A stretch of 64,000 nt of DNA from Octopus vulgaris. Its lineage: Eukaryota. The DNA lies in contig OX597828.1 of assembly GCA_951406725.2 (NCBI GenBank), forward strand, positions 58,652,001 through 58,716,000, given 5' to 3'. Below, in pieces: positions 24,852 through 40,002 of this stretch. The notes beneath the pieces were generated by a model. It was not told the DNA's origin. It saw nothing but the letters and a program-made list of their open reading frames with translations, and made no database searches. The position numbers were made by a program, and so were the translations under genes. The first letter of the stretch is position 1. Every line of letters starts with the position of its first letter.

Positions 24852-27439
24852 ATAATAAGGGTAGAAATTGATATTAATCAATTAAAACCAGTGGCTTAGC
24901 ATATTTTAAAAAATCCGAAGATAAAAAATTGTGTTATATACAAAATTTAAAGGACTGACCACTAAAAGTGGACAGCCTATATGCTAAACATAGATGTCAA
25001 ATCGCCATTACCACAAAGAATATGTTCTCAAGAAAAATCTCAGCTAAAAACCAAAATGTAAAAAAATACGAAATAAAAAATGATTACCTATGTGCCATTG
25101 GTTTCACTTGTTAATATTTACGTATATGGACATGCAAACATCTGCAAGATCATCAGCATAGTCTGTTGTTTACAAAACACAATTTCCAGAACTATATACA
25201 GAACACTCAACCAAAATCGAGCATGTATAAAGTTGTACAAATTATATTTGGGTGTATTTTCGAAAAGCCTTCACTTTGGCGCGCGGAGGTCGGAAATTAC
25301 TCTGCAGTTAATAAATTGGCTGCAACAAATTAAGTCTTCATTCCAAGTGGGCCACAACAGGATTTGAATCCAGAGTACATAAAATCAGAACAAATACCAC
25401 AAGGTATATTGGCACTGTAACAGTTCCACAACTGCTGGTATTTCATTTATTAATTCTTTTGTTACATATCAAGGAAATCAACTTTGCATTCAACACTGAT
25501 GTTGTTCGTTATCTGTTGCTAATTAGTGCTAATTAGTACTTTGGTCTTTCTGTATTGAAGATTACACGTTTAGATATTAAGCTTGAAACCAAACTTCAAA
25601 ACTTTTAAATTATTTTCATTTTCATTCAACACATTTTAATTTTTTTTTTAGTTCATTTTCACTCAACACATTCTGCAATGACAAACTGGATTATCTGCAA
25701 TGACAACTGGATTATCTGCAATGACAACTGGATTATCTGTATATAATATTTCACCACAAAGACTGTAATGAACAGAGATAAAGAGAGGATGACTGAACAA
25801 GTATTTGTAGGCTCAGTCTTTTACTGAATCAACTGTCAACCCTTGTATTGATGATAGCACCTCTTGTACAAGCTTTATGAAGACATTCAACTCAAAGCAT
25901 TTACAGAACAGCCAGTCTTTAGAGTGTGGGTTCAGTTCTACTGTATGGTACCTTGGACAAGTTTCTTCTACTATAGCCTCAGGTTGACCAAAGCTTTGTG
26001 AGTGGATTTGGTAGGCGGAAACTGAAAGAAGCCTGTCATGTGTGTGTATGTGTGTGTGTTTGTGTGTGTGTGCGTGTGTAAGTGTGTTTGTCTTTGTGTC
26101 TGTTTGTCCCCCACCACTGCTTGACAGCTGGCGTTGGTCTGTTTACATCCCTGTAACTTAGTGGTTCAGCAAAAAGAAACCAATAGAACAAGTACCAAGC
26201 TTTAGAAAAAATATATGTTCTGGGGTCAATTCATTTAATTAAAAGTTCTTCAAGGCAGTGCTCCAGCATGGCTGCAGTTTAATGACTGAAACAGACAAAA
26301 GATAAAAGAGAGATAAATAAAAGCAAGGTGAATTTAAATCCCCATCATACATCATAATTGATAGGCCAGGAACTGATCTCTCAACAGTGTGCATGGGTTA
26401 CTTACTGCAGCATTTGTCTTGGGATCTCTCATGGATTTGCTGTGTTAAAAACACTGACAACGTGTATACATTAAGTATGATACATATAATAATAGGCAAA
26501 AGGTAAAAGGCCATGTACCTTCACACACACACACACACACACACGTATGTATGTATGTATGTATGTATGTATGTATGTATGTATGTATGTATGTATGTAT
26601 AAAATGGATAGAGACCCTATTCAGTCATACATTGCACTTACAAAGTTACCCTCTGGGGCACAAGTCCAGGCAAGGTTCCTCATGGAAGACCAGCAGTCTC
26701 CCATGCATACCAGTCCACCCTCTCCACACTACCAATGTTATCCAAGAGAAAAGCTAAGGCCGATACATCTTGGCACTAGTAACATTGCAACTCATTTCTA
26801 CCGTTAGGTGGGCTCGAGCAACATGAAATAAAGTGTCTTGCTCAAGAACACAATACATAGCCCTGTCTGGGAATCGAACTCACTACCTCATGATTGTGAG
26901 CATATAGGCTAACCACTGGGCCATGTACCGTCAGTGTTTGATACATCCATGGCTATCTTAATTGAATACTGCTTCAATTGTATATAATAGATCTGTTACT
27001 CTTTAGCTTAGAAATCTCCTTACAGTTGGTCTAAGAAAAAATATAATCAGGTGAAACCTCAAACTGCATCTTATCTGAGCTATTCCAAACACATACTAAA
27101 TTCACATCAACTCTTTTTACCATTTTCATGATTTGTTCTATCAGTTTGTGGTTTGTATAACCATTATTTCGTGTATATTTCCATTGTAACAGTTGACAAT
27201 GATACTGTTAAAATAGCCTTTGCAGAGATACCATTCTCCTTCTTTGCCTGATTGATTGATTAACTTGTCTAACAGCTTCATTGCATCATGCATTAAGTGT
27301 CTCAGTAGCTGTTGTATATGAACCTCTATCTTCCCACTGCATTCAAGACCCTAATTGCTCTTTGTTCTGCTTAGCATCAACAAACTTTAGACTTTCTCCT
27401 ATGCTAGTCACTCATGATAAATTGTCTTAGCCAAGAATG

Positions 27440-27725
27440 GTGGGTGAACTGAGCTGTGATGACCTTCTGCCAACTCCACTTCCCAACTGATGGAAACGTG
27501 CGGGCGGGCAGCTGAAGACCTGGGTTACGACAATCAAGGAGGACCTCTCCATGCTCACGGGACTGCAGGTGGTCGGCCTGCGCCGATGGAACCGTGACTG
27601 GTTCACTATCTCCAGTGAACTGGTGCAGGACCGTCGTGTGGGGGCTGCCATGGTTCGTGATGCCTCGAGGGTGGTAGAAGAAGCCGACTCAAACTGCCCA
27701 GGGTGAATGTCGCCACAAGTGCAAT
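27440..27725 (+). mobile_element. RTE-type LINE 3' end with 13-bp TSD
   Basis: GGQLKTWVTTIKEDL...RRWNRDW...QDRR coding remnant; ttagccaagaatg is duplicated at 27427-27439 and 27726-27738. Confidence 0.8.
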
Positions 27726-28834
27726 TTAGCCAAGAATGTTGAAAATCTAATTTCCTTGATAATTTTGTTATAGGAATAGCACTTACATATTTACATGTAT
27801 TTTAGTTTTAAATAAATACTTATAGATAAGGGAAAGATTTCTTTCAAAGACTATTGCATAGTCACCCAAAATTTTACTGTGTCACTGCTGATAGGCATGT
27901 CAGAAGTTCATTATCACTGTCATATTCATCACCATCATCCTTTTAGTGTCTTCTTTTCCTTGCTAGTATGGGCCAGACTGAGTTTATTGAGGTAGATTTC
28001 CTGCTTTCAGATACCCTTGCCTGTTTCCAAGCAAAGTAACATTTTCTCATGACCCGGCTTGCTTTTGCAGAATATTTGAAATGAATGACATTCTTTTACA
28101 ACAATTCCATGATGTTAAAACAAGGAGACAAAAACACTCACACAATTCCACTTCCACACGCATGCTTACATGCATATACATGCATGCATGAATCCATCCA
28201 TCCATCCATGCATGAATCCATCCATCCATCCATACATACATACATACATACATACATACATACATACATACATACATACATACATACATACATACATACA
28301 TAAAACCAGATTAAAAGGTTTGCTTTGAGAGTTGCATTCCCTTGCGTTCGGTACAATGTGTTTATTTATTTTGGTAGTTTTGACTTTAAGAGTCCCTCCT
28401 AGTGTGAGGCATTTATGTATAGTAATGCCCTTAATATAAATAAATATATTTAAGAAGAATAATTAATAAAATTTTCACGCTAACCACTTGATAAATTCTT
28501 ATAAAGATTTTATCCTATTTTTCAATTATATATATATATGCATGCATACATACATACATTCATGCACATACATAGACACGCACACACATACGATGGGCTT
28601 CATTCAGTTTCCACCTGCCAGATTCACACTCATAAGGATCTGCTTGGCCTGAAAGTATGGAAGACACTTGCCCAAGATCACATGGTTAGGAAGCAAGCTT
28701 CTTAACCACAAAACCATATTTGCTGTAGCCCATCTTTCTCACCAAGACAAAACATGTTCATGATAACACTTCCAATCAGTTAAGACCAGAAGCCATGAGA
28801 GCCACTGCATGGTACTGCACCAGAGCATTATTAT

Positions 28835-29950
28835 TATTGTTATTGAAGACATTGAACAGTATCCAATATTGTGAAGTTGTTGATTGGTGACTCCTCCTAA
28901 GCTCTTAAAAAACTGCCTCTGGTTAACCTGTTTTGCTGGAACTGTGCTATGCAATCAGTGTAGTGTTGCATCTTTAATGGTTTTGCCTGCACATGTTGTT
29001 TTAGCATTTCTATAAGTTTTGAACCCTTTCTTTTCTATTTGGTATTTTGTGTCAAGATATGCCCTTGCACCTTTTTTAGTATTTTTTCCATTGCCCTTTG
29101 GACCATTCTTCTATGTGACTAAGATCTTTACGCTTCAGTTTTCCACTTCCAGCATGGCTTCTTCTGTCCGTCTGCTTTCCTCTCTTTCTTTCCAACCAGT
29201 TCACCTACTAAAATTGAAGCTGATGATCAAATCCCTTGTTTCTGTTAGATCTTTTGTCAGAATGTATTTCAGAATCTCATCAACCTTTTGAGTTGCGTGC
29301 TTCACAGTGTTATGGTCAAAGCTTCTCAAATTCACCAGCTTGGTCTCTGTTCTTGTAACTATTGTATCGTTGAGTCTTGTCCTGGGGTTTCTCTGTTCCT
29401 CAGTTATATCCTCTTGTAATACAGGTTTTTCTATATTGATTATATTGATTGGCTGGCCTCTCCTCTACTACAACTTCACCTTGTCAATGTATTTGCTGAT
29501 CTTCACCCACGTTATCTTCCTCAAGGTTATCACCACTATGGTGGATTTACATGATTGTCTGAATCTGGGCCTCATTAAAAAAAACCTCTATTCCAAATTA
29601 TTCTTAGCTGATTCATGAGCCCGTTTTCAGTAATCTAGAACATACCCAGCTTGTTCTAAAGTTCTAATGATCTTTTTCAGGCAGATTTACATTTGCCCTT
29701 GTTCTTGTCTAGTTAGGCTTGTTCATGGCCCTTAGTTGCCTTTTTGCTCATATCAACAGATCACTTGTGTTTGCGGGCACTTTGCATATTTTGACCAGTA
29801 AAAGAATTATGACTGGGTGGAGTCTGGTGTTCCACTCCATTGCTCTCTGAGGGGCCCCAGCTGGGTGCAGGAGATCTGGCGACTTGGACATCCAGAGGAG
29901 TCTTCCCGTTCATGCCGTTATTTGGGTTTGAAATTGTTGTCATCCTTGTG
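28835..29950 (-). mobile_element. Decayed R2/R4(Dong)-like LINE 5' coding region
   Basis: Minus-strand remnants ARKHK*, RKDLSHIEEW and NQRQFFKSLGG resemble the pre-RT region of restriction-like-endonuclease LINEs; many stops. Confidence 0.45.
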
Positions 29951-31601
29951 TGTCAATATATAGTTATGACTCACTATTGGTTTTTGACATGGCCTTTTTG
30001 CAAAGTACTCAGTAAAACACTTTATGAAGCTAGATATAAACTAATATTCAGCCATCTAGCAATATAATTAATATAATCAATATAATTAAAATTCATGATC
30101 CAGTCACATGTATTATGTTTTATGAATCCAATCATTCAGTTACCCCTTGCGCATGGTCAGAACACATGTGACTGAAAAAAAAATCCCTGTTTGTAGATCA
30201 CTGCTTTAGTATTGCTTCAGTTTTTGTGGGATGGTGATTGTATTACATATATTGAATTCAAAATTGAACATCATCCGACGACTGGCACCCATACCAACCT
30301 CCCTTCATTGGACACTAAACTCTGCTAGCGAAGACCTGTTGGGGCAAGTGAAATCGGAATCGAAATTGAACCAATCCTATGACTGGCACCCGGCAGTTGC
30401 CAGTGCAGCTGGACTGACTCCTGTGCAGGTGGCAAGTAAAGAAACACCATTTTGACCCTGTGCTTGAAGAGACCTATTGAGTCAAGTACATCAACATCAA
30501 AAATCAATGGAAATTGTAGTTGTGATCCCTGTGCTGGTGGCATGTAAAAAGCACCATCCGAACATGGCCGATGCCAGCCTCGCCTGGCACCTAAAAAGCA
30601 CCTGCTACACTCACAGAGAGGTTGGCGTTAGGAAGGGCATCCAGCTGTAGAAACACTGCCAGATCTGACTGGAGCCTGGTGCAGCCTTCTGGTTTCCCAG
30701 ACCCTGGTTGAACCTCCAACCCATGCTAGCATGGAAAACGGGCGTTAAACGATGATGATGAGATAATGATGATCAGCTGTGTGAGTTGTTAATTGTCAAT
30801 AGTGATTGTACAGAACATTGGTTCTCAATAAGTATGCCTCTATGCCCTATCTTCCTGAATGATATTTTACAAACAGCTTATGTCACATTGTATCATAAAT
30901 AGTCCCTCTATATATTCTTATGTTTGACTGGAAAAAAAAAAGAAGCAAAACAAAACAAAAGGCAAATAATAATTTTTTTTAATCAAACAGCTAATACTGT
31001 GCAGAAGTAGGGTGCCAAGAGCACCATCTGAGCACGATCATTGCCAGAATGGCTAACTGGCTTCCGTGTCGGTGACACGTAAAAAGCACCATTCAAGCGG
31101 GATCTTTACCAGCGTCGCATTACTGGCACCTGTGCCGGTGGCATGTGTAAAAAGATTCAAGCAAGGTCGTTGCCATACTACCTGACTAGCCCCGTGCCAG
31201 TGGCACGTAAAAAGCACCCACTACACTCTCGGAGTGGTTGGCGTTAGGAAAGGTATCCAGCTGTAGAAACTCTGTCAGATCAAGACTGGAGCTTGATGCA
31301 GCCATCTGGTTTGCCAGCCCTCAGTCAAAATCGTCCAACCCATGCTAGCATGGAAAACGGACGTTAAACGATGATGATGATGATATTATCCATATTTTCT
31401 TATACTACCCCACCCAACTTGTGTCCTATTTCTTGGGTATGAATTTACAAGTATGTGTTTGAGGTAAGAATTTTGCTTCCCAGCCACATGGTTCTAGGTT
31501 CAGTCCCACTGTGTAGCACCTTGGGCAAGTGTCTTCTACAACAGCCTCAGGTCGACTGAATCCTCGAGAGTGGATTTGGCAGGTAAAAACTGAAAGAAGT
31601 T

Positions 31602-31632
<31 letters not shown>

Positions 31633-32689
31633 TTGAACCCCCACCACTATCACTTGACGACTGGTGTTGGTTTGTTTACGTCCCATAACTTAGTGATTCA
31701 GCATATGAGATTGATAGAACAAGTACTACATTTAAAAAAAATAAGTATTGACGTCAATTTGTTTGGCTAAAATTCTTCAAGGTAGCACTCCACCATGACT
31801 GCAGTGTAATGACTGAAATGAATAAAAGATAAAAGACGCAAAATAGTGCCACTAATCTTAAATCATTACATTTTTATGGAAATTACTAAAGCAGGCGAGA
31901 ACATATATATATATCGGGAAATTAGTTTTGAACTTTGGTCCATTGTCATATTGTAACCATGACAGAGATTATTTTATGAAATTGTATTTAAAATACAAGT
32001 ATTGTATCTAGTTTAAATATTTTACTTCCAAAAAACTAAAATCCTGATCCTCACCCATTCTAAACACCTATTGCCTCTTGATATTTGTTACTTATTACTG
32101 AACTTGCAATGACCCCCAAGGGTGACTCTACCATTCATGTAAAGATCCACTTGTGTAGAGTATGGTCAGAGTGGGTTTTGCTATACTATTGGGAAGTAAT
32201 GGCGTAGAACATGAGATACATAAGTTGTTTATAATATATAATCATCATCATCATCACCATCACCATTACCATCATCATCATCATCATCATCATCATTTAG
32301 CATCGGTTTTCCTTGCTATCATGGATGAAAAAGTTTGACTGGGGCTGGTCGGCTGGAAGTCTGTTTTGGCTTGGTTTCTATGGTCGGATGCCCTTCCCAA
32401 TGGCAACCACTCCACACAGGGTTTAATGAGGGGTCATTGTACAAGTAATAAATATGTACAACGAGGAAATGAACCAATATTTTTGGGCCAGGAATGTGAG
32501 ACAGGATGTTTTGTTTTTTAATGACGTCATAAAAGATAAGAACACAGAATGAGTAAGCAAAATAATTTGAAGGTAATTCTGTACTGAAGGTCAACAACAA
32601 ATAATAAAGTGACGATATTCTATGCTACAATGGATATGTTAAGGACAAATAAGGATAATAATAGTAAGAAGAAGAATAAAAAGAAGAAT

Positions 32690-33252
32690 AGATGTTCTGA
32701 TGCAATACCAAGCTTTCATGGCTTCTGATCTTAACTGACTGGAAGAGTTATCATGTACATGTTTTGTCCAAGTGTAAAAGATAGGCTACAGCAAATATTC
32801 TGATCAATACCACAGATTTGCTTGACCATAACCAGTTGAGCATGTCCCTTAGTGGCTGATGATATGTGCATCTCTGATCATGAGCAAAAGTAGTGGGGGA
32901 GCATCATAGCCGTGGATTGAAAGGAATTCTTAGAGGTTTGGATAATTCACCTTTGGAAACAAAGGGGTTTTGTTCAAATTCTTAAACAATGGTTATTCAG
33001 GGTCCTTTTGAGTGGGATGGACTACTTGGCCTAAATAAAATTCTAACTGGGCCCCACCTGCAAGGTCATGCACTGTTTATCCTGATATGAGATCCCTATT
33101 TCGCGCTTATATGGTTGTGATGCATGTGCTTGATATACCCTTATTAGATGGGTAGTCATGGTGGGTATACTGGGCTTTGTATATTTTACCCCAGTGTCAC
33201 TTTGATGGCACTCAATAATAACAACAATAACAACAATAATAATGAACTTAAC

Positions 33253-33285
<33 letters not shown>

Positions 33286-33300
33286 CATAATAATAATAAT
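32690..33300 (+). mobile_element. Non-coding retroelement with (AAT)n tail
   Basis: ~520-bp repeat also at 55865-56400(-) and partially at 28720-28830(-) and 63580-63725(-); the fuller copies abut AAT repeats. Confidence 0.7.
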
Positions 33301-33672
33301 TTTGGGTGCCTTTTACATGACACTGGCACCAGCCATGACCACAACTTCACTTAACTGTCATGTCTTCTCAGGCACAACAAATTGCCATAAGTCTTGGTCA
33401 CCTGTCATTGTCTCTGTGAGACTCAGATTCAAGGTCAGCAACTTTAGGGGATTGGTAAATTGATTACATTGACTTCAGGGCTCAAACTGGTTCTTATTTT
33501 ATTGACCCAGAAAAGATGAAAGGCAGTGTTGACCTTGGTGGAAATTGAACTCAAAAACATAATGAATTGGAAGGAATACTGCAAAGCAGCATTTTTACCG
33601 ATGTTCTAATGATTTTTTGCCAGCTTACTGCCTTTCATCATAATCTTCTCCTCCTCCTCCTCCTCAACCACA

Positions 33673-33723
<51 letters not shown>

Positions 33724-34950
33724 AGCCATAGAAGATCAAACCAAATCAGACTAGAACCTGGTGCAGCTCTCCTGCTTATCAACTTTGGTCAAACTGTCCA
33801 ACCCATGCCAGCATGGAAAACAGATGTTAAAGCATGATGATGATGATGATGATGATGATACACACACACACATATATATATATATCATCATCATCATCAT
33901 TTAGCGCCCGCTTTCCATGCTGGCATGGACTGGATGGTTTGACTGAGGACTAGTAAGCCAGGAAGCTGCACCAGGCTCCAATCTGATCTGGCGAAGTTTC
34001 TACAGCTGGATGCCCTTCCTAACACCAACCATTCCAAGAGTGTAGTGGGTGCTTTTACGTGCCATTGATATGGGGGCTAGTCAGGTGGCACTGACATTGG
34101 CCACGCTCGAATGGTGCTTTTGTGTGCCATTGGCACAGGTCTTCCCAAGTACTGCATATTGCCTGATGATTGAAGGGTACTTTTAAACAGGCAGGTTGAC
34201 AGCCCATGTTTCACTGCCGTTGACAGCGTAAGGTTATATGATCGGACTGTTACCTAACACTCCATTGTTTTCCTAATGTGAAACTGATTGGTAAGATCAG
34301 CCATGATGGATATATATATAATACTATATATTTTGGATAATACAAACATGCAAACACACACACACTCAGAAGAACCATTTAGCTCAATTGTACAGTTCAC
34401 TCAGCCAGTATCCAAGAAGCTGACAACTTTTTTCCATCTTCTAGTTCTAGGAGTACTTACCCAAATTTCTAGGCTGTTTTCACAACTATTCCGCGTTTGA
34501 AATTTATTTCCTTTATATTATATTATATTGGTTTCGGGTTCAGTCCCACTGCGTGGCACTTTGGGTAGGTGTCTTCCACTATAGCCCCGAGCCGACCGGA
34601 GCTTTGTGATTGAATTCGGTAGGTGGAAGTTACTGCCGTGTGTGTATATATGTGCGTGTAGGTGCTTGTGCCTCTCCGAAACAGAGAGAGAGGGATATAT
34701 ATATATATACATACATAATGTCAGGATATATATTCGAAAAAGAAGCACACTATAAACATTAGAACAACAATGTATTGACATTACTGTAAATTAACTTCCT
34801 GTAATATATATATATTATATATAGAGATATATATATATATATTGGCCTGCCTGCTTAGCCAGCGGGGTGGCGTCATTTGAAGGCTAAAACAAAGCGAAGT
34901 GCATTGTGACCAGCGATGTGTAGCAACATCTGATAGCCTGGTCGGTCACA

Positions 34951-35006
<56 letters not shown>

Positions 35007-35091
35007 CATACATATATATATATACACATATATATATATATACACATATATATATATATACACATATATATACATACATACATATATATAT

Positions 35092-35195
<104 letters not shown>

Positions 35196-35699
35196 GAGCA
35201 AGTGTCTTCTATAGTCTCGGCCCAGCCAAAGTCTTGTGAGTGGATTTGATAGACAGAAACTGAAAGAAGCCCGTCGTATGTGTATGTGTGTGTGTGAGAC
35301 AACCGATGCTGTTGTGTTTACGTCCCCGTAACTTAGCGGTTCGGCAAAAGAAACCGATAGAATAAGTACTAGGCTTACAAAGACTAAATGCGGTACTCCA
35401 GTATGGCCGCAGTCAAATGACTGAAACTAGTAAAAGTCTATAAGAGAATATATATATATACACGTATGCCCATTTTCCTTACTGATTTAAACGTAGAAGA
35501 AGGCCCAATTATTGCCATTTGTAGATTTAACCATCTTGTAGACACATTCCTTAAAATTTCTTTCAACTCATCATAACATGACCAAAGCAACAAAACTTTT
35601 TTAATTGTCTCCTTTGTTAATATAGCCCCTCAATAAAAGAAAAAAAAAGAGAGAAAACGAAAAGTGATCTGTGCATCTCGGAATCTGCCTGAAGCAAAA

Positions 35700-37049
35700 A
35701 AAAAAAAAAGAACCTTGATATAAATCAAGCTTCGTTTCACTTAGCAATGAGCCGAAAGACAGTCCGTATCAAAGCCTGTGGGACGCCGTCAGCGAAACCC
35801 CAATCCCACCAAACGGACAGGGGACCGTGATAAAGTATTGCAAAAAAAGGGAGAATTTCTAAAACACGAAATTTTTCTATGAAATGTGTGAAAACGTCAA
35901 GAGAAGTAATTCCCCACAAAATGCGGAAGTGTTGACAAGTTTACGCGTGAGTATGGATGGATGTACGCGCGCCACACACACACACACGACGAAGGTTGGC
36001 AGATCGAACCTTTGAAGTCTCTCTCATCTTGTAAAAGTATAATAAATACGTATTCAATGAAAAGTATTGAGTAATTCTTCAGTTTGATATTATTAAGTTG
36101 TTTTTATTATAACACTACATAAACAAACAAGCATTAAGATAGATAGATATGTTTCTTTATTAGCCACACGGGGCTGCACACAGACGGGACAGATTACAAA
36201 GTAGAGTTTTTCTTTTTTGGGGAGAGAAAAAAAAAGTGGGGTAGGTTTTCGATCAAAAGGGATCGTAAAAGGGAAAGAAGAAAAAAAAAATGGAAAAGAA
36301 AAAAAACGATCAATAGGGATCGTGTATCACAGTGTCATGATGTAAAGTGTAAAGGGGGAAGCAGATAAGGTTTATCTGTGGGGAGAAAAGCTTACGGAAA
36401 AGACCACGGTAACCTCGGTCAATAATGTTACATGTTACCACATTTGTTTGCAAGTAGGTAATCCTCTGTTTTAAATTTTCCGGGTTCATAGGATTATGCT
36501 CAGATAGATAGATGATAGATAGATGTCTTTTTTTAATTCAAATATGTATGTATGTATGTTTGAGGATACTTCAAAATGCGCAAGTCCGACGAAATCCGTT
36601 CGTCTGACGTCCTCGTATGAAAAGTGGTAGACAACCTATGCTCAGTAGTGTGATTTATCATATTCACCCAACGCATTCCGAAGTCTGAACCTCACAACAT
36701 TTTCGCTCTTCTCACGCTTTGGATGTTTTGAAATTCTCTGCAGTTTTAGGAGTGTTTTTAACTATAAACGAATTATATGCAATTACAAATGTGAAAGAAA
36801 GGATCCAGATTGAACATTTTTTTTCGATACCTTTCGCTTTTTCGTCTTTTTTTTTTTTTAACATTTCGGATTTATTTTGCTAATTTAATAATGAATCATC
36901 TCTCCCAACAAATCTCTTCTCTTCCATAATTCTTATTAACGTTATTTCTTTAAAAAGACAACCGAATAGGGAAGAAAGTTGTAGATTTTGGTGGCGAATC
37001 TAATTTAAGAGCCAGAACTACAACACTTATTCAATGAAACAATTTTTGC
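35700..37049. promoter_or_regulatory. Probable promoter / 5' region of the BAX-like gene (CpG-retaining)
   Basis: CpG is visibly more frequent here (e.g. 35750-36010, 36580-36720) than in the CpG-depleted flanks, directly upstream of exon 1. The TSS was not located. Confidence 0.45.
36140..36510 (-). mobile_element. LINE 3' UTR in an (AGAT)n tract
   Basis: Minus strand ends gccccgtgtggctaataaagaaa, like the family B SINE tail (gccccttgtgggcaataaagaaa); a related 3' end lies at 48150-48400(-). Clade uncertain. Confidence 0.5.
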
Positions 37050-37324
37050 ATGGAACAAAATATGGATAATATTCTCAGCGACGTTTACACTCCACCTGAC
37101 GCAACATCCACTGTTTTAAGTGAATTATCACTGATGTCTTTGCATTCCAATGACGATTGTTTACCACCAGATCGAGAATCTGAGACAGATTTAGCTGATT
37201 CGGTGCAAAATGAACCTAGCCACCCTTCTGAAACAAGATTACAAGGCGATTACTTGCTCAAGTCTTTTGTAAACGAACAGATTTATAAAGAAGGTTTAGA
37301 AGTTCCATCTGATGAAACCATAGA
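37050..37324 (+). CDS. Bcl-2 family multidomain protein (apoptosis regulator BAX-like), coding exon 1
   Basis: ATG at 37050. An acidic/Ser-rich N-terminus is followed by ETRLQGDYLLKSFVNEQIYKEG, resembling BAX helix 1 (TGALLLQGFIQDRA). Ends GA|gtaagt (phase 2), matching the phase-2 acceptor at 57797. Lies in a CpG-retaining region. Confidence 0.8.
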
Positions 37325-38594
37325 GTAAGTTAATGTTTTATATATTTATTATCTAGAAAGATCTATGTTCGTTCTGACCAAGATTTTTGGGAGACTCGAT
37401 TTTGTTTTTATATTGTCGCTTCCTGGATTTCCTTTCTTTCTCTTATTTATATGCATTGCCGTTGTTTGGAACATGAACTTAATATTTAGCCAATTCTAAT
37501 ACATTCCTATGTACCCAACATATCAAATCTTCATCTCTTTGTAAATGTTTCTCCTGGAAAAAAAAAACAACAAACAAAAAACTAATTTACTCTCCTCCAA
37601 AGTTCATAAGGAAACTGATAAAGTTTCTTTAATCTTTATATCTATTGCGAAATATACATTAGACGGGATTCTTAACAAGAAAATATTGTTTCTGCCAGGG
37701 AAACAGTTGACGACTGCTGTAAAGTCCCATGTTTACAAACAGTAGTGGAAAGCAAGTGCGCGCACGAAAAGGTTTATTATTGCGCGATAGATTTTATTTA
37801 CGATCGTTGGCGATAAATTTGCAGCGAATTATACGATTATTTCATCGATCTCTACCTTTCCTTTTCTCTGCTAAATTCTCTTCTCCGTTTTGCTATTCAC
37901 TTGTCGATTTCATTTTGTTGTCATTTGAAATAGAAATCAAAACAAAATTTACCTTTAAACATTTAAAAAAAATATATGTCAGCTAAATCTGCGTTAAAAA
38001 AGAAAACGACTAATTGGAAAGCTTTAGTGATTTATTAATATTTATCTGTATTGCTTTGTGGTCCAATATGTCAACGAAGTTTCAATTTGAAGTTAATCTT
38101 GCTCTGATAATTGACATAAATTTCCATTTACTTCCACCCTTTTTCTGTTTATTCGGTTGTAATTCGCTGCTTCTCCCCCTCCCCTCTTTTGCCTCTCTCT
38201 ACGACTTCACTCATTTCATTTCTCTCTCTCTCTCTCTCTCATCTTCATACTTGAGTCCTCCCTCTCTTTGCCATCGAATATCTTTTACTCTCTCTCTCTC
38301 TCTCTCCATCTCAGATATTCTATTTAAGCTTGGATTCCATTCCATTTCTTGGCGGTAGTTTTGTAAATTTTGAAAAGTCACGTTTATTCCATTTCAGATT
38401 GAAGTAACAGCTAAGTTTATGCGTATAAACACACACACACACACATATAAATAAATATACTAATACATCTGTTTGTTGTCTACACCACCTGTCTTCGTTT
38501 TTTGTGAATTCTCTCTCTATATATAAATATATGTGTGTACATAATATATATATATGTATGCCGAAAGATTGCCTATGTGTGTATATATACATAG

Positions 38595-39012
38595 ACGCAG
38601 GCGTGGCTGTTTGGTAAGTAGCTTGCTTATGAACCTCATGGTTCCGGGTTTAGTCCCACTGCGTGACACCTTGGACAGATGTCTTCTAATACAGTCTTGG
38701 GACGACCAAAGTCTTGAGTGGATTTGGTAGACGGAAACTGGAAGAAGCCCGTCATATATATGTGTGTGTATTTGTGTATATATTTGTGTGTCTGTGTTTG
38801 TCCCCACCCGCCATCGCTTGACAACCGATGCTGGTGTGGTTATGTCCCCAAAACTTAGCGGTTTGGCATAACAGACTGATAGAATAAGTACTAGGCTTAC
38901 AAAAAATAAGTCCTGGGGTCGACTTCTTCGACCAACACCATTTAAGGCAGTGCTCCAGCATGGCCGCAGTCAAATGCCTGAAACAAAAAGAATTTAAAAA
39001 AAAGAATAAAAG
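38595..39012 (+). mobile_element. tRNA-derived SINE (family A, CORE-like), full length
   Basis: A-box (ggctgtttggtaag) and B-box-like (ggtttagtccc) head, caccttggacagatgtcttct core, internal microsatellite and (taaaaga)-type tail. More than 20 full or partial copies, e.g. 472-760(-), 4985-5325, 5405-5975, 5985-6360(-), 14970-15242(-), 25925-26315, 31450-31835, 49213-49565(-), 53338-53722, 54503-54790. Confidence 0.85.
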
Positions 39013-39581
39013 ATACATACCATGGGGGTACTTGTATCACAAGTACCTACAATGGGTGTGTATCATCTGTTTGTAAACGTAGGGGTTACACTCATACAAG
39101 TGTGTGTGTGTGTAATCTGTAAACATGCGGGGGTTTTACTTACATAAATCCTCGGCTTATTACGTCTTCGTCCAAGCCAGATGAACCATATTTTCTACAA
39201 TTTATGCATATTTCTTTCGTTTGATTTTGGGGTTCGTGTATGAAAACAGGAATGTAAACATTTAAAATACTGTTACTGTTTTTTGTTTTTTTTTTTGTAA
39301 GCAAGTGTTTAGAAATTCGTGGTAACTTTTTTTACTGCGATTATGTCGACTTCGAAATAAACTGATTTGACCTTGAACAAGTCTTTTCCCCCTGTTTTAA
39401 CAAGTAAGATGAATACAATTAAACATTCCCTATGTTAGGACTAGAATTATTATCTTACTGTGTTTTAGTGTAGATCGATAGGTAAGAATTAATGGTTAAT
39501 ATAAAGATCCGAATTAAAATGTGTGTGATCAACCGCTACTGTTAGCTACTTGTAAACTTTCCTGACTGATAGATAGGTTAA

Positions 39582-40002
39582 CAATATAAAGATCTCCACC
39601 CGTGAACAAAGTAATAATAATAATATTAAACTAGCCTGCTGGGTGTTAACAAGTATGTAGGAAACGAATATGAAAAAAAAAATTGCGCTAACGACCCTGG
39701 TTATGGAGGAAAATAAAGTGAAAGTGGCGGGGGCGATTGAAATTTTGAAAATTTTTTTTTTCAGAATCGGATCCTCCATAACTAAAAACTTGGGATTCCG
39801 GGGAAAAACATCAATATATATCCATTTTACCGAAAGTTATGACGATAAAATCGGATCTTGTGAATTTTCCGAAAGTCCTCTACCCACCCACCCGCAGGGT
39901 CGTTAGCGCAATTTTTTTTCATATTCGTTTTCTACTTGTTAACACCCAGCAGGCTGGTTTATTATTATTTTTTTTTGTTCACGGGTGAAGATCTTTGTAT
40001 TG
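39582..40002. mobile_element. Foldback/MITE with ~115-bp TIRs
   Basis: caatataaagatctccacccgtgaac...ttgcgctaacgaccctg is mirrored by cagggtcgttagcgcaa...gttcacgggtgaagatctttgtattg. Confidence 0.75.
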
